Origin: Eubacteriales bacterium
Lineage (GTDB): Bacteria; Bacillota; Clostridia; Oscillospirales; CAG-272
Length of the DNA stretch: 64,000 nucleotides
Assembly (NCBI GenBank): GCA_045659905.1
Contig: JAZRCT010000003.1
Span: forward strand, 26,037-90,036
Reading direction: 5' to 3'
Shown here one piece after another: positions 27,191 to 37,083 of this stretch. Each line of letters opens with the position of its first letter. The stretch's first letter is position 1. The notes beneath the pieces were generated by a model, which was given only the letters and a program-made list of their open reading frames with translations, was not told the DNA's origin and ran no database searches. The position numbers were made by a program, and so were the translations under genes.

Positions 27191-29140
27191 TCAAATATTT
27201 ATTTTACCTGTCAATCGAATATCCTCGCAGGATGCGCCTATGATGATTTCATAGTCACCCTTTTCTATTTCCCAATTATCGGTAGCGGTAGAATAGTACG
27301 CAAGGTACTCTTTAGGAACAGTTACAGTGTAATGCTCGCTCTCTCCCGCCTTAACGAGCTTCTTTTCAAAGCCGCAAAGCTCCTTGTAAGGACGGAATAC
27401 AGATGAAACAGGCTTTCTGTAATAGACCTGCGCACACTCCTTGCCGTCTACTTCAGAAGCATTCTTTACGTCAAACTCAACGAGTACATTATCTCCATCA
27501 TCTGTCAGCTTTAAGCCCGAATACTCAAATGAGGAATACGAAAGTCCAAAACCAAAGGGATATCTTACCCTAGCCTCATTCTCCTTGCCCATATACTTCG
27601 CTGTATCATACCAACGGTAGCCAACGAGAAGTCCGTCGGAATATACGCTGTGACAGAAATTTCTGAGGCAATGATTTGCAAGGCAATCTTCCAACGTCAT
27701 AGGATAGGTCTCGGTGGTCTTACCCGAGGGATTTACCTTGCCCGAGAGAATTCTTGCAACGGCAGCGTTTCCTCTCTCGCCGGGGTAACCTGCAGCAACA
27801 ATCGCAGCAACCTTATCCTCCCAGGCGGTTACGTCAACGACCGAGCCGCAGTAAAGAATAACCACGGTGTTGGGATTAAGTCTTGCGGTCTCGATAATCT
27901 GCGCCTCGGCGGATTTGTCAAGACGGATGCAAGGACGGTCCCATCCCTCTCCGTCAACCTGGCTCACGCACACGATAGCTACGTCCTTGCCATAGGCGTT
28001 TATAATGTTCTTTGAAATCTTGCCGCCGGGATACCGTGAACAGGAAATATCCGACGCGGGCAGCTCTGCCTGAAGCTCGTCGGCAAGGTTTGATACGTCG
28101 TGGTCAAGCTGAACTCTTGACGAACCGCCGCCGGAAATATTTTTTACGGCAGCATCGCCCATAATAGAAACGCTTGCTCCGTTTGCAATAGGTAAAACTC
28201 CGTTGTTTTTAAGAAGGACTATTCCCTCCTCGGCAACACGCTGCGCTTCTTCTCTGCGCTCTTCGACTTTAGTTTCTATCTTACGGAGCTTTTTCTCGTT
28301 TTCGCATTTATCCGCAAGCCACAAAACCTTCTCGCACCTTGCATCAAGCTCCTCTTCGGTAACCTCTCCGCTCTGCACCGCTGCAAGAAGCGCTTCATAG
28401 TCTTCTTTTTTGTAGGGCATTTCAAGGTCAAGACCGCTCTTTACCGAGGCGACATGGTCATCGACAGCGCCCCAGTCTGACATAAGAAGTCCCTCGAAGC
28501 CGAGGTCATCTTTCAGCATATCGTTAAGCTTCTTATGCTGAGAGACCTTAACGCCGTTTACCGCATTGTAAGACGACATAACGGTCCAAGGCTCAGCCTC
28601 AAGTGCGATTTTGAAGTTATAGGTATAAATTTCTCTTAGCGTTCTCTCGTCAAGCTCCGAGGACTGAGAATAACGTGAATTTTCCTGGTTATTCACGCAG
28701 TAGTGCTTTAACGACGTACCGACGTGGTGGTCCTGAACACCTTTTATGTATTCTCTGCCTAAGATTCCCGAAAGGTAAGGGTCTTCGGAGAAATATTCAA
28801 AGTTTCTTCCGCACTGCGGCAAACGCTTAACATTTACACCCGGAGCAAGCAACACGTCAACCTCCCGCTCTATACACTCGTCGGCGAGAAGCTCACCTGT
28901 ACGGTAAGCAAGTGATGTTGACCACGTCTGTGAAAGCACCTGAGTTGAAGCGAAAGCGGTAGCCGGTATAGTTTTTCCTGCCCACTCGCCTCCAAGATTA
29001 GGCGTTCTGAGTCCTATAGGACCGTCGGAAACCTTTACCTTATAAACCTTACCGTCAAGGTCATCGATATGCCAGGTATCCTTACCTGCAACAAGGCGAA
29101 CCTTTTCTTCTAATGTAAATTTTTTCAAATCGTATTTCAT
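27191..29140 (-). CDS. glycoside hydrolase family 3 (beta-glucosidase/beta-xylosidase-like)
   Basis: GH3 nucleophile context LMSDWGAV and a typical N-terminus (LEEKVRLVAG). The start is set at ATG 29140 with a GGAGG RBS. Confidence 0.85.
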   Translation of the reverse strand: MKYDLKKFTLEEKVRLVAGKDTWHIDDLDGKVYKVKVSDGPIGLRTPNLGGEWAGKTIPATAFASTQVLSQTWSTSLAYRTGELLADECIEREVDVLLAPGVNVKRLPQCGRNFEYFSEDPYLSGILGREYIKGVQDHHVGTSLKHYCVNNQENSRYSQSSELDERTLREIYTYNFKIALEAEPWTVMSSYNAVNGVKVSQHKKLNDMLKDDLGFEGLLMSDWGAVDDHVASVKSGLDLEMPYKKEDYEALLAAVQSGEVTEEELDARCEKVLWLADKCENEKKLRKIETKVEERREEAQRVAEEGIVLLKNNGVLPIANGASVSIMGDAAVKNISGGGSSRVQLDHDVSNLADELQAELPASDISCSRYPGGKISKNIINAYGKDVAIVCVSQVDGEGWDRPCIRLDKSAEAQIIETARLNPNTVVILYCGSVVDVTAWEDKVAAIVAAGYPGERGNAAVARILSGKVNPSGKTTETYPMTLEDCLANHCLRNFCHSVYSDGLLVGYRWYDTAKYMGKENEARVRYPFGFGLSYSSFEYSGLKLTDDGDNVLVEFDVKNASEVDGKECAQVYYRKPVSSVFRPYKELCGFEKKLVKAGESEHYTVTVPKEYLAYYSTATDNWEIEKGDYEIIIGASCEDIRLTGKINI

Positions 29141-29264
29141 AAGACCTCCAAAAAATGCTTTTTGTTTTATCATACAAAATATTCTTATCTTTGTCAATAG
29201 TTTAAAAGCAAAAACCGAAAAAGAATTTTCAAAAACGTAAAGAAAATATTTTGCAAATTTGGGG

Positions 29265-29293
29265 TTGATTTAGCTTTGCATTTATGCTACAAT
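29265..29293 (+). promoter_or_regulatory. sigma-A type promoter of yggS-sepF
   Basis: TTGATT, 17-nt spacer, TGc-TACAAT. Confidence 0.6.
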
Positions 29294-29322
29294 AATTGAT
29301 ATAACGCTATCGGAGCATCGGT

Positions 29323-30015
29323 ATGAACGGATACGAATATATCAAAAGAAATTACGACAGCCTGATATCGGAGCTTAAGGAATACTCGGACGCACTCGGA
29401 GTGCCGACGCCAAAGCTGGTTTCGGTCACCAAGAGCGGCACTGACGAGGAGCTTCTTGCACTTTTCTCAATCGGCGCATCCGCCTGCGGAGAAAACCGTC
29501 CTCAGGAATTAAAGCGCAGAGGCGAGCTTCTTCGGGCAAACGGACTTTTCCCCGAGCTTCACGAAATAGGCTCGCTTCAGACCAATAAGGTTAAAATGAT
29601 AGCCGAGGGTGTCACGCTTATTCATTCGCTCGACAGACTTGCCCTAGCCGAGGAAATAGACAAGCAGGCAAGAAAAATAGGACGCAAAATTCCCGTGCTT
29701 ATCGAGATTAACAGCGCCGAGGAGCAAAGCAAGGGCGGAATTATGCCAAAGGACGCCGAGCGCTTTTACGAGAGCGTAGCGGGACTTGAGGGAATTTCGG
29801 TCAAGGGTCTTATGACTATGGGCCCGGTATGTGATAATCCCGAGGATATAAGAAAATATTTCAGAAGCACGAAGGCACTATTTGATAAAATGAATGATAA
29901 ATACGGCTTTGGCGACGGAGCGGTGCTGTCTATGGGAATGTCAGACAGCTACCGTATCGCAATCGAGGAGGGCTCTTCCCTCGTCAGAGTCGGCAGAAGA
30001 CTTTTTGTAAGGTAA
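29323..30015 (+). CDS. yggS: YggS/YlmE-family pyridoxal-phosphate homeostasis protein
   Basis: 230-aa ORF with the PLP-lysine context (VSVTKS) and the conserved C-terminal VRVGRRLF. Confidence 0.85.
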   Translation: MNGYEYIKRNYDSLISELKEYSDALGVPTPKLVSVTKSGTDEELLALFSIGASACGENRPQELKRRGELLRANGLFPELHEIGSLQTNKVKMIAEGVTLIHSLDRLALAEEIDKQARKIGRKIPVLIEINSAEEQSKGGIMPKDAERFYESVAGLEGISVKGLMTMGPVCDNPEDIRKYFRSTKALFDKMNDKYGFGDGAVLSMGMSDSYRIAIEEGSSLVRVGRRLFVR

Positions 30016-30025
30016 GGAGAATAAA

Positions 30026-30436
30026 ATGTCGTTTTTTGAGAAATTTGCCAACAAGGTAAACGAAAGAGTAAAGCAATCCGAGGAGGAAATCAAGTTCAGA
30101 AATTTCGAGGAGGTAGTCGCCGAGGAAAGAGGCGTTAAGGAAGCCGAGGAAGCTCCCGCTACCGAAATTTCGGCAAGCGCAGCATCGGGAAATGCAGGCG
30201 TAAATCTTAAGTTTGCCAAGCCCTCGTCCTACGACGGCGATGAGGTAAGCGAGATTGCAGAATTTCTGCTTTCGGGCTACATAGTCGTCCTTGACGTATC
30301 CGATATGGCACGTGGCGACGTTATCAGGCTTCTTGATTTCTTAAACGGCGTGACCTACGTCACCGACGGCACTATCACCCAGAGAAACCAGAAGACCTTT
30401 GTCATCACACCCGAGAACGTCAACATTACAGACTGA
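30026..30436 (+). CDS. sepF: cell division protein SepF
   Basis: C-terminal SepF domain (VVLDVSDM...LLDFLNGVTYV...TFVITPENV). Synteny with ylmE. Confidence 0.85.
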   Translation: MSFFEKFANKVNERVKQSEEEIKFRNFEEVVAEERGVKEAEEAPATEISASAASGNAGVNLKFAKPSSYDGDEVSEIAEFLLSGYIVVLDVSDMARGDVIRLLDFLNGVTYVTDGTITQRNQKTFVITPENVNITD

Positions 30437-30573
30437 CAGAATTAGGACTGCTTTGCGATACGGTAATTTATCGGCGGCAGTCCTTTAATTTGATATTAAA
30501 TGCGGCGATAAATCTCGAATATGCAAGCTTTTGTTTGCATATTACCTATGAATTGCCGCTTTCGGAGGAATAA

Positions 30574-31104
30574 ATGCTAAAAATAAGAAAGCGCACTCCG
30601 CTGTATTATTTAGTATACAGCGCCATAATAGCGCTCGGAATTTTTCTTGACCAAATCACGAAATGGCTTTCGGTAAAGTACCTGAAGCCGATTGGTAAAA
30701 TCCCAATTATAGAGGGCTTTTTGCATCTCGATTACGACACGAATACGGGTATGGCATTCAGTATGCTTGACGGCGCTGACGAGCGCTGGATATTCATTAC
30801 GGTATCTAGCCTGCTCATAATAGCAATGTCGCTCTACCTTTATTTCGGTATGCCCTCAAACACGCTTTACGCCGTATCGGTAAGTATGGTTATTTCGGGC
30901 GGCATCGGCAATATGATTGACCGACTTTTCCTTGGCTACGTTCACGATTTTATTTATCTGCGACTTATAAATGCAACCTTTAACGGCGCCGATTCCTTCG
31001 TCTGCGTCGGTGCGGGACTTCTTATATTTGCGCTAATTCGAGACACGGTAATCGAGTATAAGCGTGAAAAGGCAAAAAAGCAGGAAAAGGACAAAGAGGA
31101 CTGA
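30574..31104 (+). CDS. lspA: lipoprotein signal peptidase II
   Basis: Motifs GGIGNMIDR and FNGADSF, and four hydrophobic segments. Confidence 0.9.
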   Translation: MLKIRKRTPLYYLVYSAIIALGIFLDQITKWLSVKYLKPIGKIPIIEGFLHLDYDTNTGMAFSMLDGADERWIFITVSSLLIIAMSLYLYFGMPSNTLYAVSVSMVISGGIGNMIDRLFLGYVHDFIYLRLINATFNGADSFVCVGAGLLIFALIRDTVIEYKREKAKKQEKDKED

Positions 31105-31105
31105 T

Positions 31106-32059
31106 ATGCTTTACACTACGACGAGCGAGGATGCAGGCATCCGTCTTGACACGCTCCTTTCAAAAGCCTTTGATATTTCAAGAAGCGCAGCGGCACGTGC
31201 CTGCCTTGAGGGGCGGGTGCTTGTAAACGGCGTCAGGCGTGAAAAGAAATATCAGGTGACGGCAGGCGAGGATATTGAATTTACCGAGCTTCCCGCCAAG
31301 GAATATTCGGTATGTGCCGAGAATATTCCTCTTGATATAGTATTTGAGGACGGGGATATTATTGTAATAAATAAGCCTAAGGGAATGGTCGTTCACCCTG
31401 CGGCAGGCAATCCCGACGGAACGCTGGTAAATGCTCTGCTCTACCACTGCGGCGAATCGCTTTCGGGAATAGGCGGCGTGCTTCGCCCGGGAATCGTGCA
31501 TAGAATAGACAAGGATACGACGGGACTTCTCGTCGTTGCTAAAAACGATTTTTCGCATCTCGCACTCTCCCGTGAGCTTGAGGTTCACGGCATAACCCGT
31601 GAGTACCACGCCTTAGTATCGGGACTTCTCGACGAGGGCTGTACCACGGTAAATCTGCCGATAGGGCGTCATCCGAAGGACAGAAAGCTTATGGCAGTAC
31701 ACCCCCACGGCTCTGCTGCGGCAAAGGAAGCAATCACTCACTGCGAGCGGCTTTCTGCGTATGCGGTGACGGGCGGCAAGATAAGCTACGCTAAAGTAAA
31801 TCTTGAAACAGGCAGAACGCATCAGATAAGAGTACATATGTCGCATCTTCATCACCCGCTGCTCGGCGACGAGGTCTACGGCGGCGGACGAAGCGCATTT
31901 GAAAAGGCGCACGCAAAGCTGCTTTCGGGACAGACTCTCCACGCAAAGAAGCTTTCACTTACTCACCCGAGGACGGGCGAGAGGTTGACCTTTGAATGCG
32001 AGCTTCCCGATTATTTTAAAAGGCTTCTTTACATTCTTGAACCATATAAAATTACATAA
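31106..32059 (+). CDS. rluD: RluA-family 23S rRNA pseudouridine synthase (RluD-like)
   Basis: N-terminal S4-like region and catalytic motif HRIDKDTTGLLVVAK. ATG 31106 lies 1 nt after the lspA stop. Confidence 0.85.
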   Translation: MLYTTTSEDAGIRLDTLLSKAFDISRSAAARACLEGRVLVNGVRREKKYQVTAGEDIEFTELPAKEYSVCAENIPLDIVFEDGDIIVINKPKGMVVHPAAGNPDGTLVNALLYHCGESLSGIGGVLRPGIVHRIDKDTTGLLVVAKNDFSHLALSRELEVHGITREYHALVSGLLDEGCTTVNLPIGRHPKDRKLMAVHPHGSAAAKEAITHCERLSAYAVTGGKISYAKVNLETGRTHQIRVHMSHLHHPLLGDEVYGGGRSAFEKAHAKLLSGQTLHAKKLSLTHPRTGERLTFECELPDYFKRLLYILEPYKIT

Positions 32060-32062
32060 AAA

Positions 32063-32102
32063 AAGAGGATAATGCAAACAAACCGTTGCATTATCCTCTT
32101 TT
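32063..32102. terminator. bidirectional terminator between convergent rluD and the ABC ATPase gene
   Basis: 15-bp stem AAGAGGATAATGCAA / TTGCATTATCCTCTT, flanked by an A-run and a T-run. Confidence 0.65.
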
Positions 32103-32156
32103 AATAGTCAAAAGCCTTGCGCCTTTTATATTTATACTTCGCCAAGGAACTTATAA

Positions 32157-33089
32157 TTACAGCACCTTGCTTAAAAATTCCTTAAGTCTGTCGTGCTTCG
32201 GGGTATCGAAAACCTCGGCGGGCGTTCCTTCCTCGGCGATATCGCCGTCCACCAAGAACAGCACTCGGCTTGCGACCTCTCTTGCGAAGCCCATCTCGTG
32301 AGTGACTATAACCATAGTCATACCGTCGTCGGCAAGCGACTTCATAAGCTCAAGCACCTCGCCTACCATTTCGGGGTCGAGTGCGCTCGTCGGCTCGTCA
32401 AAGAGCAGAATTTCGGGTTCCATAGCAAGCGCTCTTACTATCGCCACTCTCTGCTTTTGTCCGCCTGAAAGCTTCGAGGGATATTCGTCGCACTTGTCGG
32501 CAAGTCCTATTTTCGTAAGCAGCTCCATAGCCCTCGCCTCTGCCTCCTCGGCGCTCTTAAGCCCGAGCTTGACGGGGGCTAGCGTGAGATTTTCAAGCAC
32601 GGTCTTGTTGGCAAAGAGATTGAAATGCTGGAATACCATTCCCATTCTGCGCCTTGCAAGATTTATGTCAAGCGCCTCGTCTGCAAGCTGTGAAAGCGCC
32701 GCCTTGAATTCCCTGCCCTCTCTGCGGCAAAGAAGCCTTTTCTCGCAGATTTCTCTGATTATATCCGAATCGTCAAAATCCGTAGGCTTTTCCTCTGCCA
32801 GCGCAGCCTCATCGCCGAAGGCGGCTATGCAAAGTTTTTTATAGGTCTTAGAGAGCCTTATGATATCGGGATAGAGATATGCATCGGGCTTCGAGATAAG
32901 CTCATCGCCGAGCCACACCTCGCCAAAGTCGGGGGTAGCCAGCAGATTCATACAGCGTATAAGCGTGCTTTTTCCGCTTCCCGACGGGCCTATTATGACG
33001 ACCTTTTCGCCACGCTTGATTTCGCAGCTTACGTTGCCAAGGACGCATTTGCCGCCAAATGATTTCGTAACCGATTTAACGCCTATCAC
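32157..33089 (-). CDS. amino-acid ABC transporter ATP-binding protein (GlnQ/ArtP-like) with an extra internal segment of about 65 aa
   Basis: Walker [10 protein letters not shown], signature LSGGQKQR, Walker [15 protein letters not shown] start overlaps the end of the permease gene. Confidence 0.85.
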   Translation of the reverse strand: MIGVKSVTKSFGGKCVLGNVSCEIKRGEKVVIIGPSGSGKSTLIRCMNLLATPDFGEVWLGDELISKPDAYLYPDIIRLSKTYKKLCIAAFGDEAALAEEKPTDFDDSDIIREICEKRLLCRREGREFKAALSQLADEALDINLARRRMGMVFQHFNLFANKTVLENLTLAPVKLGLKSAEEAEARAMELLTKIGLADKCDEYPSKLSGGQKQRVAIVRALAMEPEILLFDEPTSALDPEMVGEVLELMKSLADDGMTMVIVTHEMGFAREVASRVLFLVDGDIAEEGTPAEVFDTPKHDRLKEFLSKVL

Positions 33090-33768
33090 TTCTGCGAAGC
33101 CTCCTTTCGATAGCCTTTATGCCAAAGGTAAGAAGATATACTATGCCAAGATAAAAGAGTGCTACGACCGTCATTGGCACGAAATATCCTGCCATATTAG
33201 TACCTGCGCCGATAACCTTCGCCGCCTGCGTCAGGTCGAACATTCCTATCATACTTACGATAGAGGTCTCCTTGATAAGAGCTATAAGCTCGTTACCTAT
33301 TGCGGGGATAACGTTCTTTATCGCCTGAGGAATGACTATATTCGACATAGTAGCTCCCGAGGTAAGTCCAAGCGCACGTCCCGCCTCGGTCTGACCGATA
33401 TCAACCGATAAAATACCCGCTCTTATATTCTCTGCGACGTACGCTCCCGAATTTATACCGAAGGCTATTATCGCCGTAACTTCCGGCGGAAAGCCTCTTA
33501 TGGCAAATACCACGTAAGCCATAATAAAGAGCTGAAGCGCCATAGGCGTGCCTCGGATTACCGTGACGTACACCCTGCAGATTGCCTTTGGAATTTTCAT
33601 AAAGCCCGATTTCTCGGACATTCCGACGAGCGCAACGATAGTACCGAGTATAAGTCCGAGGATAGCCGCAAAAACCGAAATTAAGATGGTCCTTCCAAGT
33701 CCCTCGAATACCATCTTCATATACTTAGCTGTCGAAAAAAGCTCGCCTATTTCAGCAAAAAAATTCAT
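33076..33768 (-). CDS. amino-acid ABC transporter permease (His/Glu/Gln/Arg/opine family)
   Basis: Polytopic membrane protein with the loop [12 protein letters not shown]. The start choice (ATG 33768 versus 33822) is uncertain; an intercistronic hairpin at about 33782-33812 favours 33768. Confidence 0.75.
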   Translation of the reverse strand: MNFFAEIGELFSTAKYMKMVFEGLGRTILISVFAAILGLILGTIVALVGMSEKSGFMKIPKAICRVYVTVIRGTPMALQLFIMAYVVFAIRGFPPEVTAIIAFGINSGAYVAENIRAGILSVDIGQTEAGRALGLTSGATMSNIVIPQAIKNVIPAIGNELIALIKETSIVSMIGMFDLTQAAKVIGAGTNMAGYFVPMTVVALFYLGIVYLLTFGIKAIERRLRRSDRR

Positions 33769-33839
33769 TTTTAGTCCGTTTCCAGAAAAAGAACCGTGTA
33801 TATCACAGTTCTTTTTCCTCATTTATTTGAATTTAAGAG

Positions 33840-34682
33840 TTACTCGCCCATACCCATATGAGCCATAACCATCTTTTCGATTTCGGTCTTGCCGTCAGCG
33901 CCCTTTACCAGAAGCTCGTCAAGAACCTCGTTTATAGCGTTAAGAAGCGTAGTGTTGCCCTTGGTAACGGCAATTGCGTACTGCTCCTCTACGGGTGCGT
34001 CAGCCTCGCCGTCTGCGCCCGAGTAGTAGAGAGGATAGCAACGAAGGTACTTATCGCTGTTCTTTACAAGATACTGAGCAGGAAGCTCGTCTACGATTAC
34101 GGCGTCAATGGTAAGTCCGAGAGCCTCGGTAGCGATGTTGGCGGAATCCATAGCGGTGTGGGTAGTGCCCGTGCCATGGAGAACGCCTTCGTTCGAGTCA
34201 ATCTCGATGTCTGCGTAAATCCAGCCCGTAGTATCGGTCTGAGTAGCGACCGCCTTCCCTGCAAGCGCCTCCCATACAACGTAAGAAACGCCGTCTACTT
34301 CCTTGGTAGCAACGTCGGAATTAAGGGGGAGAACTACGTACTGAACCGAGGTGTAGTAGGGCTTTGAGAAATCAACCTTCTCTTCACGAGCGGGGGTGAT
34401 AGTAAGTCCTGCAGCGCCGCAGTCTGCGGTCTGTCCCTTCTCAACGGTGTCGATAATAATACCGAAATCTCCGTCCTGCCATACGATTTCACGGCCGAGC
34501 TTTTTGCCGACACGCTCCATAATTTCAACGTCAACGCCTACGATTTCCGTTCCATCGTAATATTCAAAGGGAGCGAAGAATGCGTTGGTCTGAACATAGA
34601 TTTTCTCACCGCAGGAGGTGAGAGCAACAGCGCAGGTAGCAAACATTGCTACTGCAAGAATAAGTGCGAAAATCTTTTTCAT
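33840..34682 (-). CDS. amino-acid ABC transporter substrate-binding lipoprotein
   Basis: Signal peptide with lipobox LTSC, and the size and layout of a family 3 solute-binding protein. Confidence 0.8.
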   Translation of the reverse strand: MKKIFALILAVAMFATCAVALTSCGEKIYVQTNAFFAPFEYYDGTEIVGVDVEIMERVGKKLGREIVWQDGDFGIIIDTVEKGQTADCGAAGLTITPAREEKVDFSKPYYTSVQYVVLPLNSDVATKEVDGVSYVVWEALAGKAVATQTDTTGWIYADIEIDSNEGVLHGTGTTHTAMDSANIATEALGLTIDAVIVDELPAQYLVKNSDKYLRCYPLYYSGADGEADAPVEEQYAIAVTKGNTTLLNAINEVLDELLVKGADGKTEIEKMVMAHMGMGE

Positions 34683-34773
34683 TCTCTTTACCTCTTTTTA
34701 TTTTTAATGAACAAGTTACATTATACTCGCAATCCCCGCCTATGTCAATACTAAATTATATTTTACTTAAATA

Positions 34774-34802
34774 TTGTATTTATATTTTATTTATGCTAAA
34801 AT
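34774..34802 (+). promoter_or_regulatory. sigma-A type promoter of the ABC-F gene
   Basis: TTGTAT, 17-nt spacer, TGc-TAAAAT. Confidence 0.5.
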
Positions 34803-34833
34803 ATATTAGTTTGTTTTAGAAAAGGAGCTTTCT

Positions 34834-36768
34834 ATGATAGCCTTATCGGTATCCGACCTCTCGCTTTCCTTTGGCGACAGGGATATTTTAAATAACGTTA
34901 GCTTCGCAATAGAAGCAGGTGACAAGGTCGGCGTTATCGGTGTCAACGGCGCAGGAAAGACCTCGCTTTTTAAAATTATTTCGGGCGAGTACGAGGCAAG
35001 CTTTGGCGCTGTATATACCGCAAAGGGCTTTACCGTCGGTACGCTCTCGCAAAATCCCGATTTGTCGGCGCTGCCCTCAGAGCTTACGGCGCTTGAATAT
35101 ATGTATACCGCCCACCCCGAGCTTATCTCGCTTGAAGAAAGAATAAAGGCGTGCGAATATGAAATTAATCGCTATGCAGACCTCGGCGACGGCGATACGG
35201 CTATGCGTAAGACGAGCGAGCTTATAGAGCTTAATTCGGAATTTCAGAATAAGGGCGGTATGGAATTCCGTCAACGCTGCCGAAGTATGCTTTTGCGTCT
35301 CGGCTTCGAGGAGGAGCTTATAGAAAGGAAGATTTCCACGCTTTCCGGAGGTCAGTACACAAGGCTTGCGCTTGCAAGGCTGCTTACCACCGAGCCTGAT
35401 ATTCTTATGCTCGACGAGCCGACGAATCACCTTGACATTGACGCTCTTAACTGGCTTGAAGGCTTCATATCAAATTATAAAAAGACCGTAATAATCATTT
35501 CACACGACAGATATTTTCTCGACAGGACGACGAAAAAGACGCTTTATATTCAATACGCAAGGGCGAGGCTTTATCTCGGAAATTACTCCGAGACCAAGGA
35601 GCTTCAGCTTGCGGAGGCGGCTTCTCTTGAAAAAAGATACAAGGAGCAGCAAAAGGAGATAGCCAGAATAAGGGCTAATATCGAATTCCAGAGAAGATGT
35701 AACCGAGAGCATAATTTCGTCACCATAAGGTCAAAGGAAAAGCAGCTTCAGCGAATGGAAAAGGTCGAGCTTGCGCCGAAGGACGAGCGGTCTATCCGTA
35801 TGAAATTTGCGGAGGAGAGCGAGAGCGCAGGCGACGTGCTTATAGCAAAAGAGCTGTCATTCTCCTACGGGAAAAGAGATATATTAAAGAGCCTTAATTT
35901 TATTATAAGGAAGAACGAGCGAGTGCTTTTCCTCGGCAAAAACGGCTGCGGAAAGTCTACGCTTATGAAGCTTATAAATTCGTATCTTACCCCAACGTCG
36001 GGAAAAATCACGCTCGGTTACAATATCGTAATCGGCTACTACGACCAGGAAAACAGAGGTCTTACCCTCACCAATACCGTTTTTTCAGAGCTGCGGGAGG
36101 AATATCCCGACAAAACCGACCTTGAGCTGCGAAGCACGCTTGCGCTCTTTCTTTTCGGCGCTGACGATATGGACAAGCCTATAAGCACGCTTTCGGGCGG
36201 CGAGCGAGCAAGGCTTACGCTTGCGAAGCTTATACTTAAAAGAGTAAATCTGCTCGTTATGGACGAGCCGACGAACCATCTCGATATAAATTCCACCGAG
36301 GCGCTTGAAAATGCGCTCTTGGCGTTTTCGGGCACTATAATCGCCGTATCGCACGACAGATATTTTATCAATAGGATAGCCACGAGAATTATCGAAATAG
36401 ATACGGAAAGCGAAAGAGGGCTTGTCGATTACAGTCTTGAGGAGTACGACGACGCTTTCTCGGAATATATGCGTATACGGGAGGCAGCTAAGCAAAGAAA
36501 GGCTGAAGCAAAGGCACAATCGGCTGCCGTAAGCGCAGGCAAGGTCGACTTTGAGGCAAGAAAAAAGGAGGCCGCAAGGAAGCGAAGCGAGGAGCGCAAA
36601 ATCGAAAAGGCGAAGGCGAGGATTTCAGAGCTTGAGGCAGAGCTTGAGGCGCTTGACACCGAGCTTTTCGGCGAAGCAGCGACGAATTACCAAAGAGCCG
36701 CCGAAATCGAGGAAAGAAAGTGCGAAATCGAGGATGAGCTGCTCTCGCTTTATGAGCTTGTGATGTAA
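34834..36768 (+). CDS. ABC-F family ATPase (two ABC cassettes, no membrane domain, C-terminal coiled coil)
   Basis: Two Walker A sites (GVNGAGKTS, GKNGCGKST), two signatures (LSGGQ, LSGGE) and a Lys/Glu/Ala-rich C-terminal helix. Confidence 0.9.
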   Translation: MIALSVSDLSLSFGDRDILNNVSFAIEAGDKVGVIGVNGAGKTSLFKIISGEYEASFGAVYTAKGFTVGTLSQNPDLSALPSELTALEYMYTAHPELISLEERIKACEYEINRYADLGDGDTAMRKTSELIELNSEFQNKGGMEFRQRCRSMLLRLGFEEELIERKISTLSGGQYTRLALARLLTTEPDILMLDEPTNHLDIDALNWLEGFISNYKKTVIIISHDRYFLDRTTKKTLYIQYARARLYLGNYSETKELQLAEAASLEKRYKEQQKEIARIRANIEFQRRCNREHNFVTIRSKEKQLQRMEKVELAPKDERSIRMKFAEESESAGDVLIAKELSFSYGKRDILKSLNFIIRKNERVLFLGKNGCGKSTLMKLINSYLTPTSGKITLGYNIVIGYYDQENRGLTLTNTVFSELREEYPDKTDLELRSTLALFLFGADDMDKPISTLSGGERARLTLAKLILKRVNLLVMDEPTNHLDINSTEALENALLAFSGTIIAVSHDRYFINRIATRIIEIDTESERGLVDYSLEEYDDAFSEYMRIREAAKQRKAEAKAQSAAVSAGKVDFEARKKEAARKRSEERKIEKAKARISELEAELEALDTELFGEAATNYQRAAEIEERKCEIEDELLSLYELVM

Positions 36769-36788
36769 AGGCAGACGAAGAATTTAAA

Positions 36789-37020
36789 AAGGGAGACTTT
36801 GTAGCCAAAGTCTCCCCTTACCCCCCGAAAGCATTTTGGGGTGTATTTTTTTGCTGTAAGGCTTTCTCAACCCAAAGCGCAAGCTTTGGATATCACTCTT
36901 TGCGTAAGCAAAGAATATCACTCCTTGCATATGCGAGGAATATCACTGCCACGTAAGTGGCAATATCACCCGAGCGTAAGCGAGGATATACCCCTCCCCT
37001 AAAGCGGGAGGCTAAGCTTT
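36789..37020 (+). repeat. intergenic GNRA-hairpin array element, copy A
   Basis: Hairpins GGGAGACTTTG-tagc-CAAAGTCTCCC, CCCCGAAA-gca-TTTTGGGG, CCAAAGC-GCAA-GCTTTGG, CTTTGC-GTAA-GCAAAG, CCTTGC-atat-GCGAGG and GCCAC-GTAA-GTGGC, separated by the linker AATATCAC(T). A second copy lies at 57242-57417. Confidence 0.8.
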
Positions 37021-37060
37021 GGGACGATTTCTTTTATATATATTAAATATTTTAAATATA

Positions 37061-37083
37061 GGAAGCTTCGGCTTCCTTTTTTT
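37061..37083 (+). terminator. rho-independent terminator
   Basis: GGAAGC-TTCG-GCTTCC hairpin followed by seven T residues. Confidence 0.7.

Noticed and set aside
36890-36990. The periodic 25-nt pattern (9-nt AATATCACT plus a 14-16-nt variable segment) was considered as a mini CRISPR-like array.
   Set aside because: The repeat and spacer lengths are far below CRISPR dimensions. The variable segments are themselves palindromic hairpins, and there are no cas genes in the window. It is reported instead as a hairpin-array repeat element.
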